Positions 16,942-24,924 of a stretch of 64,000 bases of DNA are shown here, one piece after another. The notes under the pieces are model-generated. The model was not told the origin of the DNA and searched no databases. It saw only the letters and a program-made list of their open reading frames with translations. This DNA is from Pirellulales bacterium (GTDB taxonomy: Bacteria; Planctomycetota; Planctomycetia; Pirellulales; Thermoguttaceae), in NCBI GenBank assembly GCA_016929515.1, contig JAFGIR010000016.1, positions 26,390 to 90,389 on the forward strand, in the 5' to 3' direction. Position 1 is the stretch's first letter. Every line of letters begins with the position of its first letter. A program made the translations under genes and the position numbers.

Positions 16942-17211
16942 CTAGGCTTTTTTGATGGCCTTGATTCGGGTGGAAAGGCGAGACTTCATCCGGGCAGCCG
17001 CGTTCCGGTGGATGATGTTTTGCGAACCGGCCCGATCGAGTTTCTTGGCTGCCAGGCGGAATTCGCTATCAGCCAGCTCGGCATTGCCAGCCGTGACGGC
17101 CTCGCGGACTTTGCGGATCTGAGTTCGTAATGCTCGCTTCATGGACAGCCGGTGCTCTTTCCGCGTTTCGGTCTGGCGAAGACGTTTTCTGGCGCTTTTC
17201 GTGTTGGGCAT
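16942..17211 (-). CDS. rpsT: 30S ribosomal protein S20
   Basis: MPNTKSARKRLRQTETRKEHRLSMKRALRTQIRKV is canonical bS20. Confidence 0.95.
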   Translation of the reverse strand: MPNTKSARKRLRQTETRKEHRLSMKRALRTQIRKVREAVTAGNAELADSEFRLAAKKLDRAGSQNIIHRNAAARMKSRLSTRIKAIKKA

Positions 17212-17288
17212 GGTCGTTATCTTGTTTAATCCGAAAGGGTTTCGCGGCCGGGGGCCGCCGTCAGGTTGGCGACTGTAGAAACAAGGAG

Positions 17289-18737
17289 TTACTCAGTATC
17301 GCGTAATTCGTTGATCTTGTCCAGCAGGGCCGAGACTTCCTTGTAGCCAAAATCCAGTCCGGCCAGCGTAGTCAAATGTTGGTCGGCTTTGTCCAGGTCT
17401 TTCATGTCAATGGCCAGCTTTCCCGCCCAGTAGAGGGCATCCTTGAGTAGTTCAGGGTCCTGGCCGCCCATTTCGGCCAGTGCCGCATCGAAGTTGTTAG
17501 CGGCCAGCCGGGGCTGGTTGATCTGACAAAAACACTGCCCAAGATACAAAAGGCACTCCCCCCTGTGATGTGGGTCATTGCGCCCTTTTTGGTAGTGTTC
17601 GATGGCTTCCTTGAATTGGCCAACCCGCTGATAGGCCTCGCCGAGTTGGAACTCGTAGGTGAGATTGTTGGGGTTGCGTTCGGCCAGGTGTTTAATCCTA
17701 TCGAGCGATTTCAAGTCAAACTGCTTTCGGACCTCCAACCACTTCTCCTTGACCTCTTTTTCGCCCGTTTTCTTGAACTGGGCCTCAAGGACGCGGAGTC
17801 TCTTTCGTAGAGCGCGTATCTCGACGTCTTCCAAATGAACAAGGATGTCAGGTGCGCGGTTCGAGACCTCGTAAGCCTTTTGGAGTACCTTGACGGCTCT
17901 TTCGTAGTCTTCCTTTTGGCAGAGCATTTCGGCCAGTTCGCGATAGGGCCCCATCTCCGATGGATTCGCACGGATCGCTTTTTCAAGCTTCTGCTGGGGG
18001 GTCAACTCTCCTCGGCCAATCTCTTTCTGACCCTGTTCGGTCTTGTCGTCGGCCTTTACGTCGCGCGACGACTCGGCTCCTTCGTAGCCCCCCTTGTCAA
18101 TGACCTTCTCGGTCGCCAATTCGCCCAGTTGTCGCCTAGCCTCGTCGTCGTCCTTCTTGACTTCCAAGACGCGAAGCCAGCAGGCACTAGCCTGGTCGTA
18201 TTGCTGTCGAGCCCGCAGAGCGTGGCCGGCGGCCCGATTGACATCTGGGTCCATTCGGTCAGCGTCCAGGGCCATGTGGAGAAAGATCAAAGGGACTTCG
18301 TCCAACTCGATTTGTTCGCCGGCGGCGGCCATCGCCATCAGCGTCGAGGTGTCCCAAGGATTGAGTTTGAGAACCTCCAGGCCGTGCTTGAACACACCGT
18401 CCCAGTCCTTCTGAAGCTGGCATTTCTTCACGGTCGCCCGCTCTTTGCCCGTGCGGACCGAGGCGAACTTGATCCCTTTCTTATTGTCGTTGTATTTCCG
18501 GCGAAGATTGCCGAGAAGGCTCTGCCAGTAAGCACTGTTGTCCTTGTCGCCCAATGCACACTGGCTGAAAAGTTCAGTGGCGTAGTCGAAGTTGCTCGCC
18601 GACGCCTGCTTGCTCGCGTGGACGAAGCACTTCTGGAACCGCTTGCGTTGAGCCTGCGAAAGAGGCTGTCGCCCTGAAGTCGGGGAGTCGTTGTCGTGGA
18701 CGTCGTCCGATGTCATGTTACGCCCGTCCCATTGCAC
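17289..18737 (-). CDS. TPR-repeat protein
   Basis: It has multiple TPR-like helical pairs (AYEVSNRAPDILVHL, GEAYQRVGQFKEAIEHYQKG, LYLGQCFCQINQPRLAANNFDAAL, LYWAGKLAIDMKDLDKADQHL). Confidence 0.8.
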   Translation of the reverse strand: MQWDGRNMTSDDVHDNDSPTSGRQPLSQAQRKRFQKCFVHASKQASASNFDYATELFSQCALGDKDNSAYWQSLLGNLRRKYNDNKKGIKFASVRTGKERATVKKCQLQKDWDGVFKHGLEVLKLNPWDTSTLMAMAAAGEQIELDEVPLIFLHMALDADRMDPDVNRAAGHALRARQQYDQASACWLRVLEVKKDDDEARRQLGELATEKVIDKGGYEGAESSRDVKADDKTEQGQKEIGRGELTPQQKLEKAIRANPSEMGPYRELAEMLCQKEDYERAVKVLQKAYEVSNRAPDILVHLEDVEIRALRKRLRVLEAQFKKTGEKEVKEKWLEVRKQFDLKSLDRIKHLAERNPNNLTYEFQLGEAYQRVGQFKEAIEHYQKGRNDPHHRGECLLYLGQCFCQINQPRLAANNFDAALAEMGGQDPELLKDALYWAGKLAIDMKDLDKADQHLTTLAGLDFGYKEVSALLDKINELRDTE

Positions 18738-19087
18738 GATGAATCAATTGCCGACCGACGGTCGTGCCCGACGACCTGCCTTGTTCCTCACTCAGTTCCT
18801 TACCGTCACTGACGCCATTCTAGAATAATCGGAGTCGTGCCGAAAGCCACGTCGGGCAGGCGGCCGGTCTGTTTTTCCGCGAGAAACGTCCCTCGCTTTC
18901 GCTAGGGTCTTCATCCGCGAAGTCTTCTGCATGTCAGTGCGTCAGGAAGGAATTTCCTAGGGAAGCTGCTCCGGGTCGAGGTCGCGAACGCATCGTCAGC
19001 CATATAGCCGTTTATCGTACACGTACGGATCTGCGGACCCTCTCGTGTTCGGGCGGGCAGCGGCATGCCATCGCGAGAAGATGCGGT

Positions 19088-19270
19088 TCAACTGATCTCG
19101 CGTAACGTGGACCAGCTCAAATAGACCAGAATGGCCGAAATGACGACAAAACTAATGCTCATCAACATATTGGCCCGGCCAAACGGGAATCCGATTGCCA
19201 AATCAAGACCAAAGACCAGCAACAACAGTCCTGAAATGGCCATTCCGGCAATCGTGAGAGCTTTCGGCAT
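19088..19270 (-). CDS. possible small two-TM membrane protein
   Basis: 60 aa, with two hydrophobic segments: IAGMAISGLLLLVFGLDLAIGF and MLMSISFVVISAILVYL. Confidence 0.4.
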   Translation of the reverse strand: MPKALTIAGMAISGLLLLVFGLDLAIGFPFGRANMLMSISFVVISAILVYLSWSTLREIS

Positions 19271-19464
19271 GGATCTGTTCCGACTAGACTTCCGTTCCGG
19301 CGACGAGATCGCACGTAGGGCAGAGAACGCCCCACGACTTCTTCCCTAGTATAGTCCACGAGTCGGGCATTTACCACAGGGTATGACGGTTGGACGTGGT
19401 CAAGCGATTAACGTAAGGTAGGCAGTTGGCCACGGATCGGTGCCCACGAAAGGAGATCAGCAAC

Positions 19465-20643
19465 GTGACATCCCCGTCGACAGAACATACCCATTTGGGT
19501 GGTGAGAAGCCTGCGCAAATCGATTGGGCAGCTTTTCGGCGCCAGATGCCTGTTGCCCAGCGATGGGCCTATATGGATCATGCGGCCGTGGCGCCTTTGC
19601 CCGAGCCGGCTCGGGCGGCCGTGCTCCGTTGGGTTGACGACGCCTCGACCAACGGCGACGCCCATTGGCCCGACTGGAGCAGCCAAGTCGACGCTGTTCG
19701 AACCACGGCGGCACGGATGCTCGGTTGCGGCGAGGAAGAAATCGCCCTGGTCAAGAGCACGACCGAGGGAATCAACTTCGTGGCCGAAGGCTATCCGTGG
19801 AAGCCGGGCGACAACGTGGTCACGCTGGCCGACGAATTTCCCGCGAACCAGTATCCCTGGATGAACCTGGCCGACCGGGGTGTCGAAACGCGCCGCGTGC
19901 CGACCGAACGCGGCCAGGTCGATCTCGACCGGCTGACGGCGGCCATGGATGAGCGGACGCGAATTCTCACGGTCAGTTGGGTCAGCTTTTCCAGCGGTTG
20001 GCGCAACGACGTCGACCGGCTGGCCCGGTTGGCCCACGACCGGGGTGCCCTGCTGTTTCTCGACGCGATCCAGGCGCTGGGTGTCTTCGAGTTGAACGTC
20101 GTCAAGACGCCGGTCGATTTTCTCGCGGCCGACGGCCATAAGTGGATGCTGGGGCCCGAGGGTGCCGGGCTGTTCTATCTGCGGCGCGAGCACCTCGATC
20201 AGCTGCGCCCCTTGGGCGTCGGCTGGCACAGCGTGGTTCACGCCCATGACTTCACGCGGATCGAACTCGATCTCCGCCGCGACGCCTCGCGCTACGAAGG
20301 CGGCTCGCAAAACATGGTCGGTATGATCGCCCTGGGCGAGAGCCTGAAGCTATTGAATTCCTACGGTCAGGCGGCCCTCTCGCGACGCATTATCGAAATG
20401 ACCGATCTAGCTTGCCGGCGACTGGACGAAATCGGAGCCACGATCGCGACCGACCGGCAGCCGGGCCACGAGAGCGGCATCGTGGTTTTCGAACTGCCCG
20501 GCCGCGACAGCCACGAGCTTGCCAAGCAGTGCTTCAACAGGGACGTGATTCTGAGCTGCCGCAGCGGCCGGCTGCGGATCAGTCTTCACGCCTACAACAA
20601 CGAAGAGGACGTCGGCCGGCTCGTCGACGCGCTGACATCGTAG
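19465..20643 (+). CDS. class-V aminotransferase / cysteine-desulfurase-like PLP enzyme
   Basis: The PLP-lysine block is FLAADGHKWMLGPEGAGLFY, with LFLDAIQALG upstream. I chose the GTG start at 19465, 9 nt after AGGAG (19451-19455); the ORF is open from 19426. Confidence 0.85.
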   Translation: MTSPSTEHTHLGGEKPAQIDWAAFRRQMPVAQRWAYMDHAAVAPLPEPARAAVLRWVDDASTNGDAHWPDWSSQVDAVRTTAARMLGCGEEEIALVKSTTEGINFVAEGYPWKPGDNVVTLADEFPANQYPWMNLADRGVETRRVPTERGQVDLDRLTAAMDERTRILTVSWVSFSSGWRNDVDRLARLAHDRGALLFLDAIQALGVFELNVVKTPVDFLAADGHKWMLGPEGAGLFYLRREHLDQLRPLGVGWHSVVHAHDFTRIELDLRRDASRYEGGSQNMVGMIALGESLKLLNSYGQAALSRRIIEMTDLACRRLDEIGATIATDRQPGHESGIVVFELPGRDSHELAKQCFNRDVILSCRSGRLRISLHAYNNEEDVGRLVDALTS

Positions 20644-20653
20644 GATGCAAGCT

Positions 20654-21952
20654 TCAATCTTCGGTTTCGCTGTCGGTCTGTTTCGAGTGTTTCTCCGGCG
20701 GGCCGAAGCCCCGGTCAAGGCCCTCCGTCTCTCGGTCGCCGAGGTCTCCGTCGTCGTCTTTCAGATCCGGGCCGACCGAGTAGATCAGCCAACCGCCGGG
20801 CACCTTCTTGACGATCAGCGGCTTGCCGTTGAACGCGTCGAGCGTTGCCTCTTTCGGAAGGCCCAGGTCTGAAAGGTCGGCCGCCGGCAGGGCGTCCGGA
20901 TCGCCACGACGCTCGAGCGCGTTGAGCACGCGAACGGCGCGCACCATCGATTCGGTGCGTGTCGCCGCCTTGCGAGTCGCCTCGAGGGCCGGAACCAGAA
21001 GCGAACTGAATATGTCGGTCGGCTCGGGCGGTGTCGCAGGCCCGCCGGGACCGGACGAAGCGGCCTTCTCGGTGTCGGTCAGATACCACTCGATGAGTCC
21101 GAGATAATTGAGTTTGTACCGGTTGTAGAACGCCCGGGCAAACCAGGTGCGAGCGCCCGGGAAGGTTAGGAATTGCTCCAAGCCGAATGCCCGCTCGGTC
21201 TTCAGGTTTTGCTGAAAGGCCCGCCTCAGGTCGTGCCTGGCCAGTTCTTCCTCCAATGCCTGATGGACTTCTTCCGAGACGGCTCTCGATTGCAGGGCTT
21301 CGTTCAAGGGCTCGAAGGCGTAACCCCGGCACGCGACCGCCACAAGGAAGGCCACTAGACTTGGCTCGTTGTCGAAATGTCGCGTGAGCTTCATCAGGGC
21401 GATGGCGCTCTTGGCTGCCTCATCGTACTGGCCTTCGGAAAGAAGCACACTGCACCGGTAGGAACCCAACAGTCGCGCGGCGGATCGGTATTCCCGAGAA
21501 CGCGACATGACCGTTTCAAGAGCCGCGTTGGGGTCGCCCGTGCCCGCCGGGCCAAACGGCTCGGCCACCGAGTACTCCGGGCAGTTGGCCGCTTTTTCGA
21601 GCAACGGAATCACTTCAGGATAGGCTTCCATGGCCGATCGAATCGCGGCGAGCCGCTTGCGGCTCCGCGGGTCGTCGTTGGCTTTCACGACGGGCGTAAG
21701 CTCATGTTCTATCGCCTTGAGATCCTCCTGCGCTCGCCGCAGATAGGTGACCGCGTTCTGCTCGGGCGCGACCGGCTTGGGCCGGAAATCGGCCAGCGAC
21801 GTCGGATCGCCCGCCGCGCGAATCTCGGCCAGCTTCCGCTCAAGCCGTGAACCGGTGGTCCACACGAAACAAGCGTTGACAACCAGTATGACCACCACCA
21901 AACTGCCGAGGATGATGAATGTCCACTTCAGCGGCTTTTTCAGAGACCTCAT
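20654..21952 (-). CDS. membrane-anchored helical-repeat protein with 'GWLIYSVGPDLKDDDGD' C-terminal motif
   Basis: It has an N-terminal TM (WTFIILGSLVVVILVVNACFVW). It is the last gene of the ECF sigma / anti-sigma run. Confidence 0.7.
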   Translation of the reverse strand: MRSLKKPLKWTFIILGSLVVVILVVNACFVWTTGSRLERKLAEIRAAGDPTSLADFRPKPVAPEQNAVTYLRRAQEDLKAIEHELTPVVKANDDPRSRKRLAAIRSAMEAYPEVIPLLEKAANCPEYSVAEPFGPAGTGDPNAALETVMSRSREYRSAARLLGSYRCSVLLSEGQYDEAAKSAIALMKLTRHFDNEPSLVAFLVAVACRGYAFEPLNEALQSRAVSEEVHQALEEELARHDLRRAFQQNLKTERAFGLEQFLTFPGARTWFARAFYNRYKLNYLGLIEWYLTDTEKAASSGPGGPATPPEPTDIFSSLLVPALEATRKAATRTESMVRAVRVLNALERRGDPDALPAADLSDLGLPKEATLDAFNGKPLIVKKVPGGWLIYSVGPDLKDDDGDLGDRETEGLDRGFGPPEKHSKQTDSETED

Positions 21953-22445
21953 GGGTCAATTCCTTTGCGATGGAGAGGGTTTGATTGAGAATGTCTTGGT
22001 ATCGCCGGAAGGCGTTTTCGCTCGGTTGGGCTCGTCTCGACCACCGGGCCGCCAGCAGCCGATTTTCCCAGTGATCGAAGCCGTCGTCGCCCTGGGCAAT
22101 CGCCGTGGCGATCTGGCTGATCGACAGAGGCTCAGGTTCCGAAGGGTCGTAGGCCGCAAGCCGCGCGTCGCCGATTCGAAACACGGCGACGTTGAGCACG
22201 ACCCCCAGCAAAAGCGCGGCCGCCACGCCCCATGCCAGACGGCTGTCCCACGCCGTGCGACGCCGTGCGCCACGAGCAGGTTGCTCAAACGGATTCTCGG
22301 CACTGCTGGACAAGCCAGCCGTGGCGCCCGACGTTGCCTCGCCGGCCAGCGCGTCGGCCACTCGTTTGAGCGTCTGGTCGCGCAACTCGGGCGGCGCGCC
22401 GCGTGGGCCGAGGTCGCTCAGTAGCTTTTCGACGTCGTCGTTCAT
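21840..22445 (-). CDS. putative anti-sigma factor
   Basis: Its start overlaps the ECF sigma stop (ATGA). It has a short N-terminal cytoplasmic part and one TM (LAWGVAAALLLGVVLNVAVF). The assignment rests on position and topology only. Confidence 0.5.
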   Translation of the reverse strand: MNDDVEKLLSDLGPRGAPPELRDQTLKRVADALAGEATSGATAGLSSSAENPFEQPARGARRRTAWDSRLAWGVAAALLLGVVLNVAVFRIGDARLAAYDPSEPEPLSISQIATAIAQGDDGFDHWENRLLAARWSRRAQPSENAFRRYQDILNQTLSIAKELTHEVSEKAAEVDIHHPRQFGGGHTGCQRLFRVDHRFTA

Positions 22446-22969
22446 AATTCTTCCTCCCGGAGAAGGACCTGGAGCCGGAACAGTGCCGCCCGATAGCGCG
22501 AGGCCACGGTTCCTTGAGGCAGCCCCGACACGTCGGCAATCTCGGCGAGCGTCAGCCCGGCGAATGCCTTGAGTTCGACCACCTCGCGTTGTTCGTCGCG
22601 GAGTTGGGCAAGTCCATGGGCAATCCGTTCGGCCGCGTCGTCCAGATGCGTTTGTTGGGCGGCCGGCACGAACAGCTCCTCGGGCGACAGGCGCGTCTGC
22701 TTGGCTCGACGGCGCGACGCTCGCTCGCGAAACCGCAAGGCCTCGTTGCGGGCGACCGTGAAGACATAGGCCGTCAGGTTCTTCGCGTCGCGGAGTTTCC
22801 GCCGGTGGCGCACGAGCCGGACGAACGTTTCCTGGAGCACGTCGTCGGCGTCGGCCCGCGAACCGAGCGTGGCGACCAGGTAGTGGTGCAGCCGATCGGC
22901 CAGCGCGTCGTAGAGCGCGGCGAAAGCCTCGTGCTGCCCGGCCGCCAACTCACTCCGCATTGGATCCAT
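22442..22969 (-). CDS. ECF-type RNA polymerase sigma factor
   Basis: The region 2 block is FAALYDALADRLHHYLVATLGSRADADDVLQETFVRLV and the region 4 block is LRDEQREVVELKAFAGLTLAEIADVSGLPQGTVASRYRAAL. The start is taken at ATG 22969 (GGGAGA upstream); the ORF is open to 23062. Confidence 0.85.
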   Translation of the reverse strand: MDPMRSELAAGQHEAFAALYDALADRLHHYLVATLGSRADADDVLQETFVRLVRHRRKLRDAKNLTAYVFTVARNEALRFRERASRRRAKQTRLSPEELFVPAAQQTHLDDAAERIAHGLAQLRDEQREVVELKAFAGLTLAEIADVSGLPQGTVASRYRAALFRLQVLLREEEL

Positions 22970-23153
22970 CACGTCTCCCGGTGTTGCCTTCCGAAGGAGG
23001 AGACCCGGCAGGCGGCTCGATTTATTGAAGTCTTTCATTAAATACTGCCAGTCCCCCGGCAAAACCGGGGGTTTCCTCGGATTAATAACTTCCCAGGCCT
23101 AGGGATAAAAACGTCGCCAATGCCCCCCATCCGGCCGTCTCTTTCGGCCACGT

Positions 23154-23224
23154 GTCATCCTGAGCGAAGCGAAGGATCTCGCGTCGTCTTGTGGGGCAAG
23201 ATTCTTCGCTTCGCTCAGGATGAC
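23154..23224. repeat. REP-like hairpin, 'GTCATCCTGAGCGAAGCGAAGGATCTC' family
   Basis: The arms gtcatcctgagcgaagcgaaggatctcgcg and aagattcttcgcttcgctcaggatgac are nearly perfect inverted repeats. It is intergenic, upstream of the ECF sigma gene. Confidence 0.75.
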
Positions 23225-23436
23225 AGGCCGGGGCACAGTCTCACGCTCGCCACGGACATGCTTTGCCGCTGCCCTTCCCGGCAAGGGGTTTTCCTGTCAA
23301 GGGTCATGTTATGGAACCGCTTCGCGGTAAGAGCTGGAACCACGACCGATTCGCGTGCCACTATAAGGGCCGCCACGCTCGGCTATCCCTGGTCCGTTCG
23401 CCATCCGACGAGGGGCCGTGGAAGAATCACTGGCTA

Positions 23437-24582
23437 CTATTCGCTACCGTAGCCGTAGCGCTCGATGAAGGAGCCCCAGCGGCGAGTGATCTCGTCGCGT
23501 GTTTCGGCCGGAAGCTCGTAGCGGTTCGTCTTGTAGCCGGCCGCGGCGGCCGTGTGTTCCCGCAGTGCCGGCAGCGCCTCGTCGAACTCGCCCAGTTCCA
23601 ATTCCTCATAGATCCGCCGTATCCCGTCGACCGGATCGGCCACGAGATCCTCGTAGCGAATCTCGCTGTAGCGGCCCGGCGGTATCAAATCGCGCTGGGC
23701 GTCGAACGTATCGTACATCCGGTTCAGCGTGTCGAAGACATGATCCTCCAGGCCCTCGCATTTCGGTATCTGGAAACCGTGTACGCGATAGAGTTGCCGC
23801 CAGAGATGCATCGTCGATGGGAACAGAACATAGGGATCGCGGACAATGTGCACGAATCGGGCGTCGGGAAACATCTCCAGAAGATGCTTGATCCGAAACG
23901 TATGCGGCGGCGACTTCAAAACGACCCGGCCCGGGTTGGCGGCCGTCAGGCATTTCAAAAACCAGGTGAACCGCTCCTTCCAGTGGGCCAACCGGTCGGG
24001 TGGCAGCGATTCGAGATCGAAGTACTCCTGATACTGCGGTGGCCGATTCGCAAAGGCAATCGTCAGATAGGGGCTCGGCACGCCCATGTTGCACAAGGCG
24101 AACTCGTCCTCCTGGGGGCGGTACCAGCCTAGTTTCATGTTGTCCATCGGACGGCGCGACGGCATCAGGAACCAGAGCATTCGCGGAAAAAGCCGACCCG
24201 TCAACACAAAATGGTTCGGCGCGAAGCAGCAGTAGTTGTTCGGGCAGGTGTGTCGGCGGTCGAGAACCAACAACTCGTGCAACAAGGTCGTGCCGCTTCG
24301 CCAATGGCCGATGATGAAAATCGGATGATGCTCGATCTGAGTGCGGCGGATTCTGCGGCCGAGAAAAAGTTCCTGGATTACCCAAAGCACGCTATTCAGC
24401 AAGCTCACGCCGCCGATGATCGTGGCCATACCCCAACGCTTCGGAGTCACGGCGAGGCGATTGCTCGTCATCAGACGCCAGTAGGCTCGCATGCCCATGC
24501 CGTCCCAAAAGCGTGGATACCAAAATCGGTCCTTCGATCCTCCGGTTCTTCCGGATGTTTTCGCATTGGGCTTTTTCGCCAT
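23437..24582 (-). CDS. sulfotransferase-family protein
   Basis: The 5'-PSB-type loop GHWRSGTTLLHELL is followed by the motif region RFVHIVRDP. Confidence 0.8.
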   Translation of the reverse strand: MAKKPNAKTSGRTGGSKDRFWYPRFWDGMGMRAYWRLMTSNRLAVTPKRWGMATIIGGVSLLNSVLWVIQELFLGRRIRRTQIEHHPIFIIGHWRSGTTLLHELLVLDRRHTCPNNYCCFAPNHFVLTGRLFPRMLWFLMPSRRPMDNMKLGWYRPQEDEFALCNMGVPSPYLTIAFANRPPQYQEYFDLESLPPDRLAHWKERFTWFLKCLTAANPGRVVLKSPPHTFRIKHLLEMFPDARFVHIVRDPYVLFPSTMHLWRQLYRVHGFQIPKCEGLEDHVFDTLNRMYDTFDAQRDLIPPGRYSEIRYEDLVADPVDGIRRIYEELELGEFDEALPALREHTAAAAGYKTNRYELPAETRDEITRRWGSFIERYGYGSE

Positions 24583-24697
24583 GGCGATTCCTTGAGATTG
24601 GCGAGTTATCGCAGGATGGGTAACTCTAGTGTTTTAAGAAGGAACCCTGCGGATCATTCGCTTGACGTGGGTCGCTGTTGGGCCGAAAAATGAAACC

Positions 24698-24734
24698 TCT
24701 GGGACAGCGCTGGCGCTATGCCCCAGCCACCCTG
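24698..24734 (-). repeat. isolated copy of the 'CAGGGTGGCTGGGGCATAGCG..GCGGTGCCCC' motif (reverse orientation)
   Basis: ctgggacagcgctggcgctatgccccagccaccctg is the reverse complement of the heads of the A-units at 43251 and 44983. Confidence 0.55.
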
Positions 24735-24924
24735 GGGTCTTTTCGACAGGCTGGTAACTAATTTGCCATGCTAACAGTTCGTGTTGTCCTTGGGCAAGCG
24801 GGCAGAGCCGCCCCCCTCGGCAAACCGATCTGGACATTCTCGACCTGATTCGGTACTGTCCCCCCTCTCTTCTTCTACCGAAAACCGATTCCTTCTCGAA
24901 CGAACCCCACCACCGGAGTGACGG

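Noticed and set aside
23099-23452. Short ORFs translating the REP-like hairpins (peptides such as ..VILSEAKNLAPQDD.., ..HPERSEGSR..). Equivalent ORFs occur at 42919-43396 and 518-700.
   Set aside because: The same peptides recur wherever the DNA palindrome occurs and on both strands, so they are translation artefacts of a repeat rather than genes.
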